33,806 nucleotides of DNA, from NCBI GenBank assembly GCA_964622235.1, contig CAZUNB010000008.1, positions 1 to 33,806 of the forward strand, written 5' to 3'. The translations under genes were made by a program, and so were the position numbers. The DNA is from an uncultured Candidatus Saccharibacteria bacterium. Lineage in GTDB: Bacteria; Patescibacteriota; Saccharimonadia; Saccharimonadales; JAGPDM01. Below, piece after piece: positions 1 through 8,040 of this stretch. Each line of letters opens with the position of its first letter. The stretch's first letter is position 1. Below the pieces are notes generated by a model. The model had not been told where the DNA came from and made no database searches. It saw only the letters and a program-made list of their open reading frames with translations.

Positions 1-1623
1 GACACTTGGGCGCTGAGTCGCTAATACTAAGTGGATCCCAGTCGCACGAGCTTTTTGCGCAAGGCGGACAACCAGTGACTCAACATCGCGCGCCGCTATC
101 ATCATCAGATCAGCTAGCTCATCAATCACGATTACAATATAAGGCATATGATCCTGATTCTTGAGTTTGTTATAGTCTTCGATATTTCGCTTACCTGCTT
201 CTGCAAGCATGCTGTATCTACGCTCCATCTCAGCCACTGACCACTTTAATGCGCTAATACACTTTTCAGGCTCAGTTATTACTGGAGTCAGCAGATGCGG
301 TAGATCATTATACGGTGTCAGTTCGACCTGTTTTGGGTCAACCAAAATCAACTTCATTTCGCTTGGTGAATTACGATACAGCAAGCTGGCAAGAAAGGTG
401 TTGATCATAACCGACTTACCTGATCCAGTAGCACCAGCAATCAAAAGATGGGGCATTTTCTCAAGCTCTGCCACCGTTGGCTGTCCAGAAATATCCTGGC
501 CAATCACGAATGTTAATGATGAATGGGCTTTTTTCCATGGAGCACTCTCTAGAATACTGCGCAAACGAACATTGGCTGATTTCTGGTTTGGGACCTCAAT
601 ACCAACCGCCCGCTTACCTGGAATCGGTGCTTCAATACGAATTGAAGTTGCCGCTAGATTAAGAGCAATATTTTGCTCAAGAGCGGTGATCTTAGTTAAA
701 CGTACGCCACTTTCAGGCATTAAAGTATACTGGGTCACCCGAGGGCCAACGTTAATGTCACCCATTTGCACCGGAACTTTAAAATCCTCGAGTGTTTGAC
801 GAATAATTTCAGCATTACCTCGCCAGTCACCGGCATCTGCTTTCTCTTGTTTATCCGACAATAACTTAACATCTGGAAAATTCCATTCTGGGTCTGCACT
901 CATAGTTAAAGCTTGATCATCGTCGGCATTTTGCCTAGCCTGTTTGTTGACCCGTTCTTTTCGTTCGGCTGGCTTCTCTATCGGTACATTAGTATTTAGT
1001 GTTGGAGCATGGCGTCCCGTGGCAGTGACTGAATCACGACTGAGCTCCGTCGCATCGCCCTGACCATCCTTTCCGGCTTTTCGCATATCGCGCCACTCTG
1101 AGATAAACTGCATAACTCGCTGTATAGTAATTTGCGAAGCAATCAAAAGTCCAATAATGAATAATCCGGTTAAGGAAATAGCTGCCGTAGCTTGATTAAA
1201 TAGTGCTAACAGCAGATTATCTAAGCTATAACCAAGCAAGCCACCGCCTAGACCACTAGTTGCAGCTTGTCTCGGTTCATCGCTCATATAAAACAGGTGC
1301 AATAGCCCGGAAAAACTTGGCAAAATTATCGCCGATCCAAGCACCACCACCCATGGTGTTCGGTGCTCTTCGTCAGTAAAGATCCTTACAGCAATCAGAA
1401 TGAATATCAACGGCAAAAGATAGGCCCCTAAACCAATGAGCGTCCGTAAACCTGCAAACATTTTACTTGGAAAAGCACCGCCAAGACCGAAGCCAGCTAC
1501 TAATAAAATAATAGCGATGATTATCAGAATGATCGCAATAATTTCTTGAGCGATGCCATCGGCAAACTCAAGTTTCTTCGGAACATTCTTCTTTTTGTTA
1601 TTTCGTTTCTTTTTTTTAGCCAT
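1..1623 (-). CDS. ftsK: DNA translocase FtsK/SpoIIIE (N-terminal 541 codons; C-terminus runs off the left edge)
   Basis: It is missing from the ORF track because it has no stop in the window. Reading the reverse complement from the ATG at 1623-1621 gives MAKKKKRNNKKKNVPKKLEFADGIAQEIIAIILIIIAIILLVAGFGLGG..., a polytopic membrane anchor. An in-frame Walker A, LLIAGATGSGKSVMINT, lies at about 397-447. The last in-window codons read AQKARATGIHLVLATQRPSV, the FtsK motor signature. The frame stays open down to position 1. Confidence 0.9.
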   Translation of the reverse strand, partial: MAKKKKRNNKKKNVPKKLEFADGIAQEIIAIILIIIAIILLVAGFGLGGAFPSKMFAGLRTLIGLGAYLLPLIFILIAVRIFTDEEHRTPWVVVLGSAIILPSFSGLLHLFYMSDEPRQAATSGLGGGLLGYSLDNLLLALFNQATAAISLTGLFIIGLLIASQITIQRVMQFISEWRDMRKAGKDGQGDATELSRDSVTATGRHAPTLNTNVPIEKPAERKERVNKQARQNADDDQALTMSADPEWNFPDVKLLSDKQEKADAGDWRGNAEIIRQTLEDFKVPVQMGDINVGPRVTQYTLMPESGVRLTKITALEQNIALNLAATSIRIEAPIPGKRAVGIEVPNQKSANVRLRSILESAPWKKAHSSLTFVIGQDISGQPTVAELEKMPHLLIAGATGSGKSVMINTFLASLLYRNSPSEMKLILVDPKQVELTPYNDLPHLLTPVITEPEKCISALKWSVAEMERRYSMLAEAGKRNIEDYNKLKNQDHMPYIVIVIDELADLMMIAARDVESLVVRLAQKARATGIHLVLATQRPSV

Positions 1624-1724
1624 AACCTATGCTCTAGTATACTCGGGTCATACGAATTATGCATCCTCGGATGTAGCCCTCACTCTAAACACATTAGACT
1701 AGATATTAGTTTATGTACTATTCT

Positions 1725-1750
1725 ATTCAACTCTGGCGACAAAGTTGAAT
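1725..1750. repeat. Perfect 8-bp inverted repeat (ATTCAACT-N10-AGTTGAAT) in the rnj/ftsK spacer
   Basis: Read directly: arms at 1725-1732 and 1743-1750 with a 10-nt loop. On the minus strand one arm overlaps a TTGAAT hexamer that could be the -35 of an ftsK promoter (TTGAAT-N16-TAATAT). Function unknown. Confidence 0.35.
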
Positions 1751-1776
1751 GAGTTAGAATTATTTCTTTAAATGAA

Positions 1777-1814
1777 ATACCTATCATCTCAGCGTGAACC
1801 AAATTGATAGGTAT
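1777..1814 (-). terminator. Candidate stem-loop terminator or 3' stabiliser downstream of rnj
   Basis: A 10-bp perfect stem, ATACCTATCA (1777-1786) pairing with TGATAGGTAT (1805-1814), with an 18-nt loop. It starts 14 nt after the rnj stop. On the minus-strand RNA it is followed by UUCAUUU. The loop is long and the U-tract weak, so confidence is modest. Confidence 0.4.
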
Positions 1815-1827
1815 ACACTTGACTATA

Positions 1828-3840
1828 TTAGTCGTGGGAAGTATCAAGCTGTGGCTTGTTGTCTTGAGTGTTCTTGTTCAAATCACTCAGACTATTCAAA
1901 ACATTAACAACCGGAATCACGACTGGTGAACGATTAGTGTGCTCATACAAGAAATGCGTGATGTGGTCTTTTAGCTCAGTCTTAAAACGATCAAGCTCAA
2001 CTCGTTGGAATCGCTGAGCGGCGGCTCGTTTTAGCTCAGCACGAATACCGTTCATCAACTCTTCATTTTCACGCATGTAGATAAATCCACGGGTAATGAT
2101 ATCTGGGCTGGTTAGTAGTCGGCCGTTTCCACGCTGAACCGTTAGGATAACCGTAACGATACCATCCTCGGCCATAACTAGTCGGTCTTTAACGACGACA
2201 TTTGGTACGATCGAGCCAGTTTGATCAACCAGGACTGAACCATTTTCAACGTGACCGTTGAGATACATCCGCTCACTGCTAACTTCAATAACCTCACCAT
2301 TCTCGGCATTTAGTGTGTTTCTACGATCAATGCCATTTTGAGCAGCGATATCAATATGACGTCGCTTTGAACGATATGGACCATAGATAGGTACAAAGAA
2401 CTTTGGTTTAAGCATAGCAATCAGATCGCCGAACTCATCCATACTTGCGTGCCCAGAAACATGTAGTGGGCCACTACCATCAATCTCATGAGTCTCATGT
2501 CGGAAAACGTGAACATCTTGTCGCATTAGATTATCAACCATGTCTCCTACCGAAGCATCATTACCAGATTCTGGGATTGGTGTTGAGCTAAGAATCACGC
2601 TGTCTTGAGCCTTAAGTTTTACAAATTTGTGCTCACCCTTGCTCATCCGATCAAGTGCTGAGTTCATCTCACCCTGTGAACCTGTACAAACAACGACGAC
2701 TTTATCATCAGCCATTTTATTAACCTGTGCCATTGGAATCAAAGTACCTTTTGGGATCCTAATGAAACCAAGTCGTACAGCAGTTTCTAGCGTCGATATC
2801 ATCGATCTTCCATCGAAAGCAACTTTACGACCATTGTCTGCTGCTGAAGTAACAAGCATCTGAATTCGGTTCATATTAGTCGAGAAAGTCGCCACAAACA
2901 CGCGTCCTGGTGCGGCCTTCATGCGTTCCATGAAGCTTTCCTGAAGTGCATGCTCAGTCATAGTTCGACCAGGTCGTTCGGTGGTAGTACTTTCGCTCAA
3001 AAGAACATGCACACCCTCCTCACCGAGCTGCATCAATCGTTCGATGTCAGTCGGTTTATGGTCAAGTGGCTCTGGGTCAATCTTAAAGTCACCAGTGTTT
3101 ATCACTCGTCCAACTGGTGTGTCGATGACAATCATAGTTGAATCAGGAATCGAGTGAGTCACACGAACTAGCTCAATCGTGAATGGACCGAGTTTGAGCC
3201 GCTCATGATTATCTTGGTTCATAACCACACTCCGGATTTCAAAATCTTCTGGTGTCTTCTCGTTGTTACCAAAAATCTGTTCGACCATACCCATGGTAAA
3301 TTGACTACCATAAATCGGTGCTGGATATTTCGGTACAATATATGGCAAGGCGCCGATGTGATCAAGGTGTCCGTGGGTGATCACATAACCACGAATGTTT
3401 CGCTTTACACGGTCAAGGTAGCTGACATCAGGAATCATGTAATTAACACCCGGTAAATCAACACCGAGGTCGATGCCAGCATCAGTGATAATCGCATCAT
3501 TTCCATACTCAATTAGAATCATATTCTTTGATCCACCACCGTCCATGCCACCGAGTGGTATAATACGAAGTTTCGTCGAGTGATCATGCAGGTCCGGTTT
3601 CGGATTAACGATCTTCGTTGTGGATGCATCTTCAAACTTTTCAGTTATAAGACTAGCAGTCTCCATGGTACGGCGCTGAGCACGAATGGCCTGACCACGG
3701 TTAGACTTCATTCCAGCAGGAACAGGCGGCCTTCCACCTTGCGAATTATTACGATTGTTATTTCTATTGTTTGACGATTTGCCGCCACTACGTTCATCTG
3801 AACGATTTTGGTTGTTAGTATTTCGGTTGTTATTACTCAT
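1828..3840 (-). CDS. rnj: Ribonuclease J (metallo-beta-lactamase / beta-CASP RNase) with an Asn/Arg-rich N-terminal extension
   Basis: 670-aa ORF. It has the HxHxDH motif (VITHGHLDHIGALP) and the typical RNase J start of the core, LRIIPLGGMDGGGSKNMILIEYG. A GAGGA Shine-Dalgarno lies 4 nt before the ATG at 3840. Confidence 0.9.
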   Translation of the reverse strand: MSNNNRNTNNQNRSDERSGGKSSNNRNNNRNNSQGGRPPVPAGMKSNRGQAIRAQRRTMETASLITEKFEDASTTKIVNPKPDLHDHSTKLRIIPLGGMDGGGSKNMILIEYGNDAIITDAGIDLGVDLPGVNYMIPDVSYLDRVKRNIRGYVITHGHLDHIGALPYIVPKYPAPIYGSQFTMGMVEQIFGNNEKTPEDFEIRSVVMNQDNHERLKLGPFTIELVRVTHSIPDSTMIVIDTPVGRVINTGDFKIDPEPLDHKPTDIERLMQLGEEGVHVLLSESTTTERPGRTMTEHALQESFMERMKAAPGRVFVATFSTNMNRIQMLVTSAADNGRKVAFDGRSMISTLETAVRLGFIRIPKGTLIPMAQVNKMADDKVVVVCTGSQGEMNSALDRMSKGEHKFVKLKAQDSVILSSTPIPESGNDASVGDMVDNLMRQDVHVFRHETHEIDGSGPLHVSGHASMDEFGDLIAMLKPKFFVPIYGPYRSKRRHIDIAAQNGIDRRNTLNAENGEVIEVSSERMYLNGHVENGSVLVDQTGSIVPNVVVKDRLVMAEDGIVTVILTVQRGNGRLLTSPDIITRGFIYMRENEELMNGIRAELKRAAAQRFQRVELDRFKTELKDHITHFLYEHTNRSPVVIPVVNVLNSLSDLNKNTQDNKPQLDTSHD

Positions 3841-4009
3841 TGTTCCTCATTGTTTTAGTTAATAATATATAAAGTATCAAATTATTTTATGTTATACGGT
3901 CGCTCTTCAAAATATTGTAATTAGTATGCAAAGAGATATCAGTAATTTAATCTAATATAGCAAAAAGGTTATTGTTCGTCCAGTTTTTTTTACTCTAACA
4001 GGGGTAAAA

Positions 4010-6121
4010 CTATACTTGTTTCATGCTGAGCTTGATACGACCATTGCCGTCAACCTCAATAACTTTGACAGGCCCTGTATCGCCAACTTTGACGATATCA
4101 CCTGGATGTTCAACTCGTTGATCTGCCATTTCTGATATGTGGACCATGCCATCAATTCCTGGCAAAATTTCAACAAAAACTCCGAAGTCTTTGATGGCAA
4201 CAACTGTGCCGTCATATACTTGGCCAACTTCTGGCTCAATTGTTAATTCTTTAATCCATTTTATAGCATCATCGCGTGAAGATTGGTCGGCAGCAGCAAT
4301 CAGAATTGTGCCGTCGTCCTGGATATCTATTTCGGCACCAGTTTCTTGCGTGATCTTCTTGATCATCTCCCCACCCTTACCGATAATTGCGCCAATTTTC
4401 TCAGGGTTAATTGAGATTGTTTCGATACGTGGTGCGTATTGTGACAGTTCTTTTCGTGGCGCATCAAGTGTTGCTAGCATGTTATCAAGGATTTCTAGAC
4501 GGGCAACTTTCGCTTGCTCGAGTGCCTGCTCCAGCAGTTCTCGACTGACACCTTTAACCTTGATGTCCATCTGGAGTGCTGTGATTCCGTCGGCAGTTCC
4601 AGCCACCTTAAAGTCCATATCACCGGCAAAATCTTCTTCGTCCATGATGTCACTTAAGATAACTTTTTTGTCGTCACTACTCATAAGGCCCATGGCGATA
4701 CCGCTAACTGGCTTGGTAATTGGTACGCCAGCATCCATAAGGCTGAGTGTCCCTGAGCAGACCGCAGCCATACTAGTTGAACCAGCCGAGCTCATAATTT
4801 CACTAACGCTTCGAATAGCATACGGGAAATCATCTTCACTTGGCAGCACTGCTTCAAGCGCTCGCTCTGCAAGTGCGCCATGACCAATTTCTCGGCGGCC
4901 GGCACTTCGTGGTCGTGAAATCTCGCCAACACTCCAGGCTGGGAAATTATAATGATGCATGAATCGCTTAGTAGTATTACTCTCCATGTTATCAATTAGC
5001 TGGGAATAACTGAGTGAGGCTAAGGTAGTTATGTTAAGAGACTGCGTTAGCCCACGAGTAAAGATACTTGAGCCATGGGTTCGTGGCAAAACGCCAACTT
5101 CAGAACTTAGTGGTCGTAGAGTGTCAGATTTTCGATTATCAGGTCGTAAGCCATCCTCAAGGATTCCTCGGCGAATTTCACGCTTCATAGCGTGAGCGTA
5201 AATTTCTTTGACTTGGCTGATGCGCTCGTGAGCATCTTCAGCTTCTGGATCCTCAACAAAGTGTTCAACAGTCTGTTCGCGTAGTTCGCGAACCGCTTGT
5301 TCGCGGAGGTCAGTCTGTGGGTTGCGAAGTTTATCACCCATTTTATCACTGAGAAATGCTTCAATTTCAGCTGTTAGCGCAGCATCATCTTCGACAACTT
5401 CAAACTCTTGTTTAATAACAGCAAGCTTCTCAACTAGCTGATTTTGTAATTCAATTGCTGGTTGGATCGCTTGATGTGCCATTTGAAGTGCATCAACCAT
5501 GTCTGATTCACTGACTTCTTTAGCGCCAGCTTCAACCATCATGATGGCATCAGCAGTTCCGGCAACGGTCAAATCAAGTTCACTGTCTTCAAGCTGGGTT
5601 GTGTCTGGGTAGGCGATTAATTTACCGTCAACTTTTCCAACACGAACACCAGCAACTGGGCCATCAAATGGCGCACCGGTCATCATAATCGCCGTTGAAA
5701 CAGCTATCATAGCGATTGTGTCAGGTTTAAGTTCTGGATCGACACTCAGAACCTGAGCTAATGCTTGAACCTCATTCTGGTAACCTTTCGGAAAAAGTGG
5801 CCGAATTGGACGGTCAATAAGACGAGCAGTTAGAACAGCTTGTTCACTTGGGCGACCTTCGCGCTTGATAAATCGGCTACCGCTGATTTTACCAGTGGCA
5901 TAAAACTTCTCTTCATAGTCAATCATGAGCGGGAAGTAAGTTGCATGTGGATTTGCATGATTGGCAGCTAAAGCTACACCCTGCACAACTGTATCACCGT
6001 AAGTAACAGTTACGGCTGAACTCTGAAAAGCCAGTCGGTTTATTTCAAATTTTAGCGTACGCCCGCAAAATTCTGTCTCTAGGTTGATAATTTCTTTCCC
6101 AAATGGGTTGATTGTAGCCAT
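4010..6121 (-). CDS. pnp: Polyribonucleotide nucleotidyltransferase (PNPase)
   Basis: 703-aa ORF with two RNase PH-like halves. Motifs seen: GRREIGHGALAERAL, a KH motif (IGKGGEMIKKITQETGAEI) and a C-terminal S1 domain (GQVYDGTVVAIKDFGVFVEILPGIDGMVHISE). Strong SD: AAAGAGGAG. Confidence 0.97.
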   Translation of the reverse strand: MATINPFGKEIINLETEFCGRTLKFEINRLAFQSSAVTVTYGDTVVQGVALAANHANPHATYFPLMIDYEEKFYATGKISGSRFIKREGRPSEQAVLTARLIDRPIRPLFPKGYQNEVQALAQVLSVDPELKPDTIAMIAVSTAIMMTGAPFDGPVAGVRVGKVDGKLIAYPDTTQLEDSELDLTVAGTADAIMMVEAGAKEVSESDMVDALQMAHQAIQPAIELQNQLVEKLAVIKQEFEVVEDDAALTAEIEAFLSDKMGDKLRNPQTDLREQAVRELREQTVEHFVEDPEAEDAHERISQVKEIYAHAMKREIRRGILEDGLRPDNRKSDTLRPLSSEVGVLPRTHGSSIFTRGLTQSLNITTLASLSYSQLIDNMESNTTKRFMHHYNFPAWSVGEISRPRSAGRREIGHGALAERALEAVLPSEDDFPYAIRSVSEIMSSAGSTSMAAVCSGTLSLMDAGVPITKPVSGIAMGLMSSDDKKVILSDIMDEEDFAGDMDFKVAGTADGITALQMDIKVKGVSRELLEQALEQAKVARLEILDNMLATLDAPRKELSQYAPRIETISINPEKIGAIIGKGGEMIKKITQETGAEIDIQDDGTILIAAADQSSRDDAIKWIKELTIEPEVGQVYDGTVVAIKDFGVFVEILPGIDGMVHISEMADQRVEHPGDIVKVGDTGPVKVIEVDGNGRIKLSMKQV

Positions 6122-6317
6122 GAGCTATCTCCTCTTTAACACGATTAGTAGTGCATTCTAAGTGACAAGATTTTCGCGACTATAAAAAAATAATCGAGAA
6201 AATTTTGGCACCAAAGTCAGCACTTTTTAATATACAAGCACCACCCCGTGTTTAGCAGTGCTTTTTTTGACTGTCGCCGGGTAATAAGCTTAGGCCGGCA
6301 GCCAATAAAAGAACTTC

Positions 6318-6587
6318 TTAGTTGCTACGAATCCCTAGCTTTTTAATTAGAGCTTCGTAACTTGCATAGTTTTCTCGTTTGAGGTATTTCAGTAGTCGTT
6401 TTCTTTTACCAACTAGTTGTAAAAGCCCACGACGACTATGATCATCTTTCTTGTGAATTTTCAGATGTTCAGTCAACTCACTGATTCGTGCGCTCATAAT
6501 ACTGACTTGGACTTCTGGTGAACCAGAGTCATCTTTATCGCGAGCTGCGTCTTTGATAATAGTTTGCTTTGCAGTCTTTTCTAACAT
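6318..6587 (-). CDS. rpsO: 30S ribosomal protein S15
   Basis: MLEKTAKQTIIKDAARDKDDSGSPEVQVSIMSARISELTEHLKIHKKDDHSRRGLLQLVGKRKRLLKYLK... matches the S15 pattern (HxKDxHSRRGLL). The track ORF starts at a TTG at 6596. The ATG at 6587 gives the canonical 89 aa. The classic rpsO-pnp adjacency supports the call. Confidence 0.93.
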   Translation of the reverse strand: MLEKTAKQTIIKDAARDKDDSGSPEVQVSIMSARISELTEHLKIHKKDDHSRRGLLQLVGKRKRLLKYLKRENYASYEALIKKLGIRSN

Positions 6588-6664
6588 TGCGACCAATCAT
6601 ATCAGTTTGTGAGATAGTCGTCAACGGTTTTATAATATGTGCGTTGATTGCTCCTATCGAAAAA

Positions 6665-7219
6665 CTACTTTGCTTTAGCGGAAAAGATAACTTTTGTTGT
6701 CACGAGGCCAGCTGAAAACATTTTCTGAACGGATTGTGTCATCAACAAAGCAACAAATAGTATCAGAATCGCAGCACCACCACCCGACAGCAGTTGCGCG
6801 AGAACAGTGATAACAACTACTGCGCTGAGAATTTTATAATTCATCAGTGTCTTAGCAATATTGTTTTTACTTTTCTGTATCATAATACCGAAAATCAGAC
6901 TTGTAATTCCAAAAAATAGAGCCAATACTATCGCTACCTGAAAACCAGCAAAAATGAGTACTCCGATTCCTGCCAGTAGATTAATTACCCCTAAGACAAT
7001 TGACAGAACTGCAACGGAAGAAATTGACTTTGTAACTTCTGGCGGAATACCTACGGCTTGTCCATCCACAGTTTGTGGTGGCTGCGGTTGCATGGCTGGC
7101 TGCTGCTGTGGTTGATAGCTAGCTTGGGTTTGTTGTTGTAGTGGAACTTGCGATGCAATTTGCTGTGGAGGTTGCGCTGGCTGTACTGGTGCTTGCTGGT
7201 TGGGATCGTTTGGATTCAT
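6665..7219 (-). CDS. Hypothetical multi-pass membrane protein with a Gln/Pro-rich N-terminal tail
   Basis: 184-aa ORF. The first ~55 aa are Q/P-rich (MNPNDPNQQAPVQPAQPPQQ...). They are followed by about 4 hydrophobic helices. AAGGA SD before the ATG. No family recognised. Confidence 0.7.
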   Translation of the reverse strand: MNPNDPNQQAPVQPAQPPQQIASQVPLQQQTQASYQPQQQPAMQPQPPQTVDGQAVGIPPEVTKSISSVAVLSIVLGVINLLAGIGVLIFAGFQVAIVLALFFGITSLIFGIMIQKSKNNIAKTLMNYKILSAVVVITVLAQLLSGGGAAILILFVALLMTQSVQKMFSAGLVTTKVIFSAKAK

Positions 7220-7246
7220 GTATTCCTTTATTAAGCTAATAGGCCA

Positions 7247-7275
7247 AACATAACCATATACATTTACTTAGTCAA
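7247..7275 (-). promoter_or_regulatory. Candidate sigma-70 promoter (TTGACT-N17-TATGTT) upstream of the 184-aa membrane protein gene
   Basis: Minus-strand reading gives the -35 TTGACT at 7275-7270, a 17-nt spacer, and the -10 TATGTT at 7252-7247. Hexamer matches arise easily by chance in AT-rich DNA. Confidence 0.3.
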
Positions 7276-7325
7276 ATATTGGTATTGTGATTAATGAACC
7301 CACAAAGGTGCTAAAATCAAATCGA

Positions 7326-8012
7326 CTAAGATACGGAGACCTGTTCAAGCGGAATAATGCTCTCAATAAAGCTCTCTTCACTCCACTGCTCTTTCGGTAA
7401 CGATTTATCAACCGAAAAATCACCAATTGATGTTCGTCGTAGTTGGCTAGTATAAGCGCCACAGCCGACATCTTGGCCAATATCGTGAATCAAACTTCTA
7501 ATATAAGTTCCGCTGCTAACTTCAACAGTGAAACTAAAAATATTTTTCTCATATTTAAATTTATTAATTGAATGGATTATCACGGGTCTTTTCTTTAGCT
7601 CAACTGGTTTTCCTTCGCGTGCCATCTTATAAGCTCGTTGACCATCAACTTTAATTGCTGAATATTGTGGAGGTGTTTGCTCAATGCTACCGACATACGA
7701 TTGGCATGTTGTTTTTAAAGCTTCCTCAGCCGGCAGTGGTTGAACATTTTCCGTGATCTCACCTTCAGCGTCATAGGTTGAGCTAATCGCGCCAAGTGTA
7801 CCGCTAACATCGTAGATTTTGTCATGCTTCATAAAGAAATCCTGTTGCTTGGTTGCTTTACCCACCAGAACAATCAATAATCCCGTAGCCAAAGGGTCGA
7901 GTGTACCAGCATGACCAACTTTGATTTTGCCACCGAGGATGTTCTTAGTTTTTTTAACGACATCAAACGACGTCCAACCCATCGGCTTATCAAGTAAAAG
8001 AATTCCGTTCAT
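7326..8012 (-). CDS. truB: tRNA pseudouridine(55) synthase TruB
   Basis: 228-aa ORF. MNGILLLDKPMGWTSFDVV...VGHAGTLDPLATGLL contains the catalytic-Asp motif. It sits in the conserved truB-rpsO-pnp neighbourhood. Confidence 0.93.
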   Translation of the reverse strand: MNGILLLDKPMGWTSFDVVKKTKNILGGKIKVGHAGTLDPLATGLLIVLVGKATKQQDFFMKHDKIYDVSGTLGAISSTYDAEGEITENVQPLPAEEALKTTCQSYVGSIEQTPPQYSAIKVDGQRAYKMAREGKPVELKKRPVIIHSINKFKYEKNIFSFTVEVSSGTYIRSLIHDIGQDVGCGAYTSQLRRTSIGDFSVDKSLPKEQWSEESFIESIIPLEQVSVS

Positions 8013-8040
8013 ATTAAACCAGTATAACGAACCAAGTTAA

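Noticed and set aside
4137-4883. A 248-aa plus-strand ORF. Similar long ORFs occur at 209-799, 8243-8608, 26976-27380, 29873-30277 and 33069-33401.
   Set aside because: All lie antisense to strongly supported genes (pnp, ftsK, the Pro-rich gene, prs, the acidic and 495-aa ORFs, and the large right-end ORF). Their Ser/Gly/Ala-rich compositions are typical of the reverse frame of real genes. None has an SD or any recognisable motif.
6122-6317. A possible pnp autoregulatory leader or rpsO terminator. Stems seen: GCCGG-N14-CCGGC and AAGCAC-N16-GTGCTT, plus an alternative GTGCT partner at 6219-6223.
   Set aside because: The stems are only 5-6 bp. On the coding (minus) strand they are followed by A-runs or mixed sequence rather than U-tracts. 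Matches this short are expected by chance. Calling a structure here needs folding and covariation analysis.
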